A stretch of 64,000 nt of DNA, from assembly GCA_977020255.1 (NCBI GenBank), contig CDROCS010000506.1, forward strand, positions 2,232,001 to 2,296,000. Reading direction: 5' to 3'. This DNA is from Obrimoposthia wandeli. Lineage: Eukaryota. The translations under genes were made by a program, and so were the position numbers. The notes under the pieces were generated by a model. The model was not told the origin of the DNA and did no database searches. It saw nothing but the letters and a program-made list of their open reading frames with translations. Shown in pieces: positions 18,414 through 26,537 of the stretch (its first letter is position 1; the number at the start of each line of letters is the position of its first letter).

Positions 18414-18461
18414 ATGGTTGAGAAAAGTTCAATATCGCATAAACTCCCTATTGTGAATTAA
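18414..18461 (+). CDS. Candidate 15-aa small ORF MVEKSSISHKLPIVN
   Basis: AGGAG Shine-Dalgarno 6 nt upstream; no family recognised. Confidence 0.2.
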   Translation: MVEKSSISHKLPIVN

Positions 18462-18509
18462 CATTCCGTTCACATTTATTTTGAATTAATTAGTTAACTG
18501 GAGGTACAC

Positions 18510-18644
18510 ATGAAAAATTTAAATCTTGTTCAATTCGTCTGTGTATCTATCGATCATACCAGCTCCCTGATGGCCGTTCATCACGCCCTCATAGCCTGTT
18601 CCGATCGTAAACCAGGCACCACAGATTTACTAATTAATTCGTAA
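18510..18644 (+). CDS. Candidate 44-aa small protein MKNLNLVQFVCVSIDHTSSLMAVHHALIACSDRKPGTTDLLINS
   Basis: Strong GGAGG SD 5 nt before ATG; followed by hairpin GGCTGC-N8-GCAGCT. Confidence 0.45.
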   Translation: MKNLNLVQFVCVSIDHTSSLMAVHHALIACSDRKPGTTDLLINS

Positions 18645-18772
18645 CCTTAACGGCTGCGAAAAATGGCAGCTGATAGGGTAATCCTCATTTATATCCCTAG
18701 ATAGTCGAAATACTTCACGCCATTTTTCCCAGTTAAATTTGTAAATTCAAACTTATATACTGGAGAATTCTT

Positions 18773-19024
18773 ATGCGTCATTCACTTTATTTAAACCTTG
18801 CTGTATTTTTTGTTCGTGCTGATATCCGCCGTGAAGAACGAGTATGGCTAGCAAAAAGCCGTCGTACCAGCAGTGAACTGCCATTGGGTAATGCGTATCT
18901 GTTAAAAGATATTGGCCTTAATGTCGATGGTCGTCCACTTTGCAGTGCTTTGCCACGTGATGTAGCTGCGAAACGTCGTGTGCGTCATCTACGTCGAGCT
19001 TGCCGTGTGAAAATAGCAACGTAA
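18773..19024 (+). CDS. DUF1127-like small basic protein (Vibrionaceae type)
   Basis: GGAGA SD; MRHSLYL.LA...VRAD.RREER.W and LLKDIGL..DGRP pattern (LLxDIGL is the DUF1127 signature). Confidence 0.75.
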   Translation: MRHSLYLNLAVFFVRADIRREERVWLAKSRRTSSELPLGNAYLLKDIGLNVDGRPLCSALPRDVAAKRRVRHLRRACRVKIAT

Positions 19025-19025
19025 T

Positions 19026-19062
19026 AAAAAGGGCTAGGCTGTATGTGCAGCTTAGCCCTTGA
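19026..19062. terminator. Bidirectional terminator between convergent small genes
   Basis: AAGGGCTAGGCTG-N6-CAGCTTAGCCCTT hairpin with an A-run on the left. Confidence 0.75.
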
Positions 19063-19087
19063 TATGTTTTTAGTCGTAGAATTTTAT

Positions 19088-19270
19088 TTAATGTTCAAAC
19101 GCTGCAGAGCCATCTTCATTGATGTGAAGTTTGGCTTTTGCTTGGTTAATTAATTGCACTGCACAAGATGGTGAGACCGAGCGTAAACTACCTTTTCCAC
19201 TATGGAATGAAGGTTCCCAAGCTCTGTCTTTGTATCGACCTGTTTCTATAAATTCCACAACTACTTTCAT
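19088..19270 (-). CDS. Small hypothetical protein (60 aa)
   Basis: Clean ORF ending just before the terminator; protein-like composition; no family recognised with certainty. Confidence 0.6.
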   Translation of the reverse strand: MKVVVEFIETGRYKDRAWEPSFHSGKGSLRSVSPSCAVQLINQAKAKLHINEDGSAAFEH

Positions 19271-19558
19271 AACGTACCTCTATATTGTTGGTCTTACTAG
19301 CTGCCTATTACGAAGCGATTATCGTCTGGTAATGGTTACTCTGATAAATAGTAATATAATAAATATCGTCCCACTTCAAATATAAATCACGCTTATTTCA
19401 AATGAAACTAAAGCGCGAGTTTGTTATTCTTTTATCTATATATACAGCGATGCTTTGTCATATATATGACGGAGATAATACTGTTTTTTGTTATAAGCAA
19501 TAAATTTCGGCTAGCTACATTAGCGGCATCCACAACGAGATTATTATTCTTCGCCTCG

Positions 19559-20233
19559 TTATGTGTCTGCATCAGGTTGTTGCTCTGGCGCAGCCTCGAA
19601 AAAGGCGGATAATTGAATGCAGTGCTGATAAATGCGGTTGATGATGGGGTAAGGGGTTATATCTAAGTTAAACCGTAGCGCGTTATAAACTTGCGGTATC
19701 AAATAAACATCTGCCATTGTAACTTGTTCATTACAGCAATAGTGAGTACTACCATTTTTTAGTAATAGCATTTCAAATGCTGCAAAACCTTTTGCTAACC
19801 AATGGTGATACCAAGTTATTTTTTCTGCCTCATTACAGTCAAAACACTCTTCGAGATACTGTAATACCCGTAAGTTATTGAGGGGGTGCATGTCGCAGGC
19901 AATGATTTGCGTTAATGTGCGGATATAAGCGCGTTCAATGAGATTAATTGGTAATAGGGCTGGCTGGGGGAAAGCTTCTTCTAAGTATTCTATGATAGCC
20001 GCAGACTGGGTGATGATTTGTGGTTGTTGTTCTAGACCATTAATACTTGGCGCTGTGATATCAAGGCTTGGTACAAAACCTTGTGGGTTAACATTAAGAT
20101 ATTCTGCCGAGTTTTGTTCACCGCCATTACGCACCAAGTGCACTGGTACTATGTCATAGTTTATATGCTTTAAATTTAATACTATCCGCACCCGATAAGC
20201 AGCAGATGAGCGGAAATAGCTATATAGTTTCAT
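19559..20233 (-). CDS. maiA: Maleylacetoacetate isomerase (GST zeta)
   Basis: LYSYFRSSAAYRVRI, NPQGFVPSL, QS.AIIEYL, ACDMHPLNNLRVL. Confidence 0.95.
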   Translation of the reverse strand: MKLYSYFRSSAAYRVRIVLNLKHINYDIVPVHLVRNGGEQNSAEYLNVNPQGFVPSLDITAPSINGLEQQPQIITQSAAIIEYLEEAFPQPALLPINLIERAYIRTLTQIIACDMHPLNNLRVLQYLEECFDCNEAEKITWYHHWLAKGFAAFEMLLLKNGSTHYCCNEQVTMADVYLIPQVYNALRFNLDITPYPIINRIYQHCIQLSAFFEAAPEQQPDADT

Positions 20234-20250
20234 CTTTTATTCCCTGCAGT

Positions 20251-21237
20251 CTATGGCTTTATGCGTGTTACACGCTGTTCAATCGCGCCAAAAATAGAGT
20301 CTCCAGCCTTATCCCGCATTTCAATTTTGACTCTATCGCCAGCTTGTAAGAAAGCTGTCGATATTTCTCCTGTAGCAATTTTTTCTAACATTCTTTGTTC
20401 TGCTAGACAGGATGAACCGACAGTGCGATCACAATTGGATACGGTGCCCGAGCCGATAATAGTACCTGCGGTTAAGGTTCGCGTTTTGGCAGCGTGAGCA
20501 ATCAACTGCGGGAAATTAAATGTCATGTCGACCCCGGCATTAGGGCAGCCAAATAAAGTATCATTGAGATAGGTGGATAACGGTAAATGTAATTTAGCCC
20601 CATCCCAAGCCTCGCCAAGTTCATCAGGTGTCACGGCAACAGGAGAGAATGCGGTCGATGGTTTACTGTGAAAAAAGCCAAAACCTTTGGCTAACTCAGC
20701 GGGAATTAAATTACGCAGGGATACATCGTTAACCAATGTCACTAATAAAATATACTCGCTGGCTGCGGCTGCGTTTAACCCCATAGGGACATCACTGGTG
20801 ATCACCGCTACCTCGGCTTCAAAGTCTAAACCCCAAGCGGGATCTTGTAATGGGATATCATCTTTTGGTCCGATAAAGCTGTCACTGCCGCCTTGGTACA
20901 TTAATGGTTCGGTCCAAAATGACTCGGGCATTTCTGCGCCTCTGGCTTTGCGAACTAGCTCGACATGATTAACGTAAGCACTGCCGTCGGCCCATTGATA
21001 TGCTCGGGGTAATGGAGATTCTAATGAGCAGTTTTTAAATTCAATAGTACCTGTCGACTCACCGTTATTTAACCGTACGTAATGGCTTTGTAACTGGGGT
21101 TCCACAGTAGACCAATGCTCTAACGCCCATTGTAAATTAACCGCTATTGAGGATACACACAATGCAGTTTGTAAGTCTTTACTAACTAGATATAAGTTGC
21201 CATCTCTAGAGCCGTCTCGTAATGTGGCTAATTTCAT
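20251..21237 (-). CDS. fahA: Fumarylacetoacetate hydrolase family protein
   Basis: MKLATL.DGSRDG, PLPRAYQWADGSAYVNHVELVRKARGAEMP, DFEAE, NDVSLRNLIP, GSGTVSN. Confidence 0.92.
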   Translation of the reverse strand: MKLATLRDGSRDGNLYLVSKDLQTALCVSSIAVNLQWALEHWSTVEPQLQSHYVRLNNGESTGTIEFKNCSLESPLPRAYQWADGSAYVNHVELVRKARGAEMPESFWTEPLMYQGGSDSFIGPKDDIPLQDPAWGLDFEAEVAVITSDVPMGLNAAAASEYILLVTLVNDVSLRNLIPAELAKGFGFFHSKPSTAFSPVAVTPDELGEAWDGAKLHLPLSTYLNDTLFGCPNAGVDMTFNFPQLIAHAAKTRTLTAGTIIGSGTVSNCDRTVGSSCLAEQRMLEKIATGEISTAFLQAGDRVKIEMRDKAGDSIFGAIEQRVTRIKP

Positions 21238-21261
21238 CGTATTTTTTACTCCTGCTTGGGT

Positions 21262-22386
21262 CTATTCTTTCCAGCTATCGACATAACCTGACCATTCCAC
21301 ATCCGCCATGCCTGAACCTATGGCTAAACCATCGCGGGTATCAATCATTACCGCGACTTCATCGGTTTCTTTGCGTTGTGACTGACAACCAGCTCTGTAG
21401 GCTTTGGGGTGCGGACCATGGGTAAAACCGCAAGGGTGGAAGGTCAACATACCTGGTTCAATATTGTCGCGGCTAAAGAATTCGCCTTGGTGGTAAAAAA
21501 TCACTTCATCAAAGTCATCGTTGCTGTGATAAAAAGGTACTTTCAATGCGCCTGGGTCCGTCTCCATTGGTCGTGGTACAAAAGTACACACCACAAAGCG
21601 ACTGGTGACAAAAGTAGAATGCGCTGAGGGGGGAAGATGGAAACGGTGGCTCATTAACGGGCGAATATCGAGCCAATTAAGTCGCACGACAGATACGTCG
21701 CCATGCCAACCGACAACATCGAGCGGGTTAAAAGGGTAGGCGATGATGGATTGTTGATTAAAGCGTTTGATGATTACTTGCCAAGGCTGCTCGTCCTGTT
21801 GTTGTAAATAGGCATCGTCAATTTCTGGTGTGTCTAATACCGCTTGATCAAATATGGCATGCTGACCAACGATGGTTTTATCGGGCAAACCATAATAATC
21901 ATTGGTTGCTTCGATCATCATTAAGGTCATTGGTTGGGCTGGTTCTAATCGCCACAAACAAGAGCGTGGAATTAATACGTAATCACCTTGAACCACACTC
22001 AAATGGCCGTAGTCGCAAAATAATTCTCCGTGGCCTTGGTGAATAAATAGCAGGTCATCGCCATCGGCATTTCTGACCAAGGTTTGCATGTTTTCGTTAC
22101 ATTGCCAGAATCGGATCTGGCAATGAGCATTGTGAAATAACAGGGGCGCATCCCAAGGCGAAGTCTGAGCGTAGGGCAGTTTTAATAAATTATAGGCGCG
22201 TGGTCTGTGTTCGCCAGACCACGCACACCATCCTGTAGGTGGATGCTTATGGTGCAAATGTGTGGCGGGTCCATAGAAACCTTCTCGGCTGACTTCACGC
22301 TCGAAAACACCTTGTTCGGGGAGATCCGCGTGCGCTTGCCGAGAATAAGTGCCTTTTCGTAATGGAAACGCAATTCTACGGATCAT
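21262..22386 (-). CDS. hmgA: Homogentisate 1,2-dioxygenase
   Basis: ERE...EGFYGP, RNADGD.L.FIHQG.G, VPFYHSNDDFDEVIFYH.G.F, HP.GFTHGPHP, DEVAVMIDT. Confidence 0.93.
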   Translation of the reverse strand: MIRRIAFPLRKGTYSRQAHADLPEQGVFEREVSREGFYGPATHLHHKHPPTGWCAWSGEHRPRAYNLLKLPYAQTSPWDAPLLFHNAHCQIRFWQCNENMQTLVRNADGDDLLFIHQGHGELFCDYGHLSVVQGDYVLIPRSCLWRLEPAQPMTLMMIEATNDYYGLPDKTIVGQHAIFDQAVLDTPEIDDAYLQQQDEQPWQVIIKRFNQQSIIAYPFNPLDVVGWHGDVSVVRLNWLDIRPLMSHRFHLPPSAHSTFVTSRFVVCTFVPRPMETDPGALKVPFYHSNDDFDEVIFYHQGEFFSRDNIEPGMLTFHPCGFTHGPHPKAYRAGCQSQRKETDEVAVMIDTRDGLAIGSGMADVEWSGYVDSWKE

Positions 22387-22397
22387 ATTTCGCCCCT

Positions 22398-23486
22398 TTA
22401 GCCATTTTTATCAATGATAACGCCACGCGCCACTTGGTCACGTTCAATGGATTCAAACAAGGCTTGGAAATTACCTTCGCCAAAACCTTCATCACCCTTG
22501 CGTTGGATTATTTCAAAGAAAATAGGCCCGATTAACGTCTTGGTGAATGTTTGTAATAACAGCACTAACTTGCCATTGTCCATGTGACCATCAATCAAAA
22601 TACGGTGTTTTCTCAGTTGATCAATCGCCTCGTGATGTTCTGGCAAGCGTTCTGAAATCATGTCGTAATAGGTATCGGGGACATCCATGAATTTAATGCC
22701 GTTGGCTTTTAAGGTGGCGACAGTGTGATAAATATCATCAGTGCCTAAGGCTATATGTTGAATGCCTTCGCCGTGATATTCCTGCAAGAACTCTGCAATT
22801 TGGGATTTATCATCACTGCTTTCATTAATTGGAATTCGTAGATTACCGCAAGGGCTGGTCATGGCGCGGCTACGTAATCCGGTCATCTTGCCTTGGATAT
22901 CGAAATAACGAATTTCACGAAAATTAAATACCCGTTCATAAAACTCAGACCAAGTATCCATGTGGCCACTATGTACATTGTGGGTTAGGTGGTCGATGTA
23001 AGTCAGTCCGGCGGAGGTTGCTGGCTGCTCAGTCTCGCCAGTTAATTTAAAGTGTTCCTGATAGAGGCGTTTTCTGACATCGTCATCGACTAAATACAGC
23101 AGGCTCTCGCCAATGCCATAAATAGCTGGCACGCCGAACTCGAGGATTTTACGCTTACAAGGCTGGGCCTCTCGGCTAATGGCATGTTGATAGGCTTTGT
23201 CGGCATCGCTGACTTTGAATCCCATAGCACAAGCAGAAGGGCCGTGCTGCTGCGAAAATTCAGAGGCGAAACCACGCCCTTCGGTACTCACCAAAAAATG
23301 AATATCACCTTGTTTAAACCAAGTTAACGGACGTGTTTGATGTTGGGCAAAAGCATGGAAGCCCAATGTTTTGAATAGCGTGGCTAGCTGTGTTGGATCG
23401 GGAGACGTGAACTCGACAAACTCGAAGCCTTCAGTGCCAGCAGGATTGCTAAACTCTTGTTTAGTATAATCATACGCATGACCCAT
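22398..23486 (-). CDS. hppD: 4-hydroxyphenylpyruvate dioxygenase
   Basis: GFEFVEF, IDHLTHNV, IPINES...SQI.EFL..Y.GEGIQHIAL, FFEIIQRKGDEGFGEGNF.ALFESIE. Confidence 0.97.
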   Translation of the reverse strand: MGHAYDYTKQEFSNPAGTEGFEFVEFTSPDPTQLATLFKTLGFHAFAQHQTRPLTWFKQGDIHFLVSTEGRGFASEFSQQHGPSACAMGFKVSDADKAYQHAISREAQPCKRKILEFGVPAIYGIGESLLYLVDDDVRKRLYQEHFKLTGETEQPATSAGLTYIDHLTHNVHSGHMDTWSEFYERVFNFREIRYFDIQGKMTGLRSRAMTSPCGNLRIPINESSDDKSQIAEFLQEYHGEGIQHIALGTDDIYHTVATLKANGIKFMDVPDTYYDMISERLPEHHEAIDQLRKHRILIDGHMDNGKLVLLLQTFTKTLIGPIFFEIIQRKGDEGFGEGNFQALFESIERDQVARGVIIDKNG

Positions 23487-23634
23487 AATACCTCCTTTGC
23501 AGACTTTGGAAGTACAGAGCAGCCTACAAATTTAACAGGAATGTAGAGCTAGTATGGACGATTTATACTGGTTTTGCTTACTCGGGGTTTTAAAATAGTG
23601 CCGAGAATAACTTGAGTAAGACGAATCAGCCCGT

Positions 23635-24972
23635 TTATTTGTTCTTGTGTTCATACATATGAAAATCAGCCATCTCAATAATTTCGTCATATTGGTCACC
23701 TTCAGAATACAAGGTTAAACCATACGCAAAAGAAATTTTGTGCTCTCTAAATTCTTTTTTATATTTAGATTTTTGGAGTATTTTATTCTGTATTTTTTCG
23801 ATGATCTCTGTGGCAATCTCTATTGACGGACAATCATTTAATAAAATAACAAACTCATCACCACCGCTTCTGATTAAGTAATCTTCTTCTCTTATTGCCT
23901 CTTGAGCCGATGACGCTAGTAATTTAATGGCACTATCGCCAGCAGAATGACCTAGGGTGTCATTAATTTCTTTTATTTTATTACCATCGATAACTGCTAA
24001 TACCCCAGACGAAGTTGCTTCACTGTAATAATCAAAATAACGTCTGTTATAGGCTTTTGTTAGGGTGTCGATCATGGATTTTTTCTTATGCAATTCCGAC
24101 TCACTGGTAATGCGTCGAATAAAGTGAAAGTAAAAAATGGCCATGGCGATAACAAAAGACAAAATGAATGACACTTTTAACGGAACATCAATGATGTATA
24201 AAAATGGGATCCGGACAATCACGGTAATACCATCGGCAATCACCGCATATTCACTGCGGTAGAATAATAAAGAATCGGGATAATCGGCATATTTAACCGA
24301 GATAACATAATTTTTTTGATTGGTTTTTGAATCGGGTGGCACGATCGCGATATTTTTGTCGTCATAGTAAGAGTTACTATTCAAATGCACATTAAAGCCG
24401 ATATCAATATGATCATTCATGCCTTTGAATATTGTGAACAGTTTATGACCTGATAGAGCATCTTCGTGGATGTAGCTAACGCGGTACTTGTTCATCTTTG
24501 TTTTGCAAATATTTAGCTCACGGCAACGGATCGGGTCAAAAATAGTCGTTACCACACTTGGTGCTAATTTTTGTCGATATAACACACTCTGAGATTGCCA
24601 ATCTTTAATCATGAAATTCCCAGAAATAGACGATGTAGTAATAAAACCTAAACCGTCGAGGGCATTTTTATATTGAGAAAGAAGGTTTTTTCCTCCAGGT
24701 GGAGCCCTTTTTTCAGGCTCCGCCTTACTCATATAAATATAAGAGCTTTTATTGAGAGGTGTTGATGACGCGAGTTCTTTATTCTCGGATATAACGATGA
24801 TGTTAGAGAGTTCGAGTAGGGCATCAGAGAGGTCGTTCATGGTTTGATGTATTACTGATTGTTCATCTTTAAGTGTACTTGCAGAGAACATGTAATGAAA
24901 CATCACGGTTAACACGACAAAAGAAACAATGAACATTCTCACTGCAAAATAGATACTATGTAACAAGCTCAC
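23635..24972 (-). CDS. Membrane-bound diguanylate cyclase (GGDEF)
   Basis: Two TM segments flanking a periplasmic domain; KEINDTLGHSAGD; intact GGDEF with an RxxD I-site (REED) 5 residues upstream. Confidence 0.9.
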   Translation of the reverse strand: MSLLHSIYFAVRMFIVSFVVLTVMFHYMFSASTLKDEQSVIHQTMNDLSDALLELSNIIVISENKELASSTPLNKSSYIYMSKAEPEKRAPPGGKNLLSQYKNALDGLGFITTSSISGNFMIKDWQSQSVLYRQKLAPSVVTTIFDPIRCRELNICKTKMNKYRVSYIHEDALSGHKLFTIFKGMNDHIDIGFNVHLNSNSYYDDKNIAIVPPDSKTNQKNYVISVKYADYPDSLLFYRSEYAVIADGITVIVRIPFLYIIDVPLKVSFILSFVIAMAIFYFHFIRRITSESELHKKKSMIDTLTKAYNRRYFDYYSEATSSGVLAVIDGNKIKEINDTLGHSAGDSAIKLLASSAQEAIREEDYLIRSGGDEFVILLNDCPSIEIATEIIEKIQNKILQKSKYKKEFREHKISFAYGLTLYSEGDQYDEIIEMADFHMYEHKNK

Positions 24973-25147
24973 GACCCTTATTTCTTAAAAAATAGCTTGG
25001 CATGGTAGGACATTTAATCGCAACTTTAAATATGTATGCTTACATAATTTTATGCATGCTTATATATTCAGCGTTTAATATGAGGTCGGTTTGGACTGTT
25101 CGATGTAACAAAATTCATCACCTGTCGATATAGGTACATCAATCAAT

Positions 25148-25222
25148 ACAACTTTAAAGTTGTTTTGATTGATTTTAACAACTAGTATGTTGTATGTGGT
25201 GTGTTTACAACTTATAGGTTGT
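25148..25222. promoter_or_regulatory. Three palindromic operators ACAAC-N6-GTTGT
   Basis: 25148-25163 (ACAACTTTAAAGTTGT), 25178-25193 (ACAACTAGTATGTTGT), 25207-25222 (ACAACTTATAGGTTGT), immediately upstream of the XRE gene. Confidence 0.8.
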
Positions 25223-25230
25223 TTGAAATT

Positions 25231-25545
25231 ATGATGAAAAACATTGAAGAGATTACTAAAGCACTTAGCGATAGACGTAAAGATCTCGGCATGGAACAAG
25301 CTGATATGTACATGCGTATTGGTATGAAACAACAGCAATACCAGCGTATTGAAGCGGGTAGTGATGTTAAGCTTTCAACATTATTACGTGTATTAGAAGG
25401 GCTAGATCTTGAACTGTCGATTTCTCCAAAAAATAAATCAAAACCACTTAAACAAACTAAAGTCGTAACGTCAGATAATCCTCAATCATTAGAAGATGAT
25501 ACAGATGATCTTACCTTCTGGTTTGGTTCTGAGGAGAGTGAATAG
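25231..25545 (+). CDS. XRE/HipB-like helix-turn-helix protein (orphan)
   Basis: LSDRRKDLGMEQADM..RIGMKQQQYQRIEAG.DVKLSTLLRVLEGLDLEL, plus an acidic tail with Trp. ORF track starts at GTG 25201; ATG 25231 preferred. Confidence 0.85.
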   Translation: MMKNIEEITKALSDRRKDLGMEQADMYMRIGMKQQQYQRIEAGSDVKLSTLLRVLEGLDLELSISPKNKSKPLKQTKVVTSDNPQSLEDDTDDLTFWFGSEESE

Positions 25546-25571
25546 TATAATTTATAGTTGGACTGTTAACG

Positions 25572-26449
25572 TTAACGTTTACGTTTATAATTTGAAAATG
25601 CTTTTACATGTTTTAACACATCTTTTATACCGTTTTCACAATCAAGTAATTTATCTGGTGTGGTAGTTAAAATAGGGAGTCCATCTACAATAGGAACTTC
25701 CTTAGATAGCCATGTCCATGCTCTAGGTATAGTTTTTAATACTTGCGGGTCTGTTAAAATATTAAGAATTTCTTCAACTTCTTTAAATAATTTGAACCAT
25801 GATGTAGGTTTTATCGCTACAGATCTGGGTGTTACAATTCGACTAGGGAGTTGTGATTCATAAAGTTCACGGTCTAAAATATTTCTTACCGTCCAGTCAG
25901 AAAGTTCACTTAATGATTTATTTGGTCTACGGTGTAGGTCATTTTCTTTTGATGGGATTATGAGACCAATTTTTATTGGTGAACGTGAACCAGTGTGATT
26001 ATGTTCACGTATTTTTTTTAATGCCGGTACAATATCAGTATCGTTGGTTACAAAAATAATTTGTTCTAAAGTATTATCTGTAATTGCATCATAAACAGCT
26101 TCAATGGCTACATTCACGTCACTTTGTTTCTCTTCTAGTTTCCATACTTTGACCCTGTTACTGATCGCTCTCGACCTTGATCTTAGAAATTAGCATTACA
26201 GTAATGATATAACGCTTGATGGTAAGAACGCTGATCATTTATTGAATTATGGTCTGTTGCAACTTTAGCGCTTATTTCAGCGGTAAAAAACTTAATTCCA
26301 ATATTTTCATGTAAAAAAGCAGTCGGTTCACCTGAACGGGGAAGGATATGGTTTTCGAAGAGATGAACAAGATTAAGCCATTTATAAGAGGTATCTTTCA
26401 AACACCCGTAATATAAATTATAACCATCGATATAGATTCTAGTACGCAC
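25572..26449 (-). pseudogene. NYN (PIN-like, LabA/DUF88) ribonuclease domain with a C-terminal MbcA/ParS-like region, split by a frameshift/deletion
   Basis: 5' part has RIYIDGYNLYYG and IKFFTA. A second frame continues VKVWKLEEKQSDVNVA...IFVTNDTDIVPAL. The frames switch around 26150-26190. Confidence 0.8.
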
Positions 26450-26478
26450 GTTATAGTTCTTATTAGTATTTAGATATG

Positions 26479-26505
26479 AAAAAACCGACTCAAGGTCGGC
26501 TTTTC
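26479..26505 (-). terminator. Intrinsic terminator between yicC and the NYN gene
   Basis: Minus strand GCCGAC-cttga-GTCGG(T) followed by TTTTTT. Confidence 0.75.
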
Positions 26506-26537
26506 TCCCAACTCCAGGGGTCGTAATGCCACGCGTG

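Noticed and set aside
23487-23634. TyrR/PhhR box upstream of hppD
   Set aside because: No adequate match to TGTAAA-N6-TTTACA.
25075-25338. 87-aa minus-strand ORF across the XRE promoter
   Set aside because: Overlaps the operator array and the XRE gene; no recognisable features.
25091-25567. 10-bp direct repeat TTGGACTGTT flanking the XRE gene (25091 and 25558)
   Set aside because: Could be a target-site duplication, but a single 10-mer pair in AT-rich DNA is within chance and no transposase or inverted ends are present.
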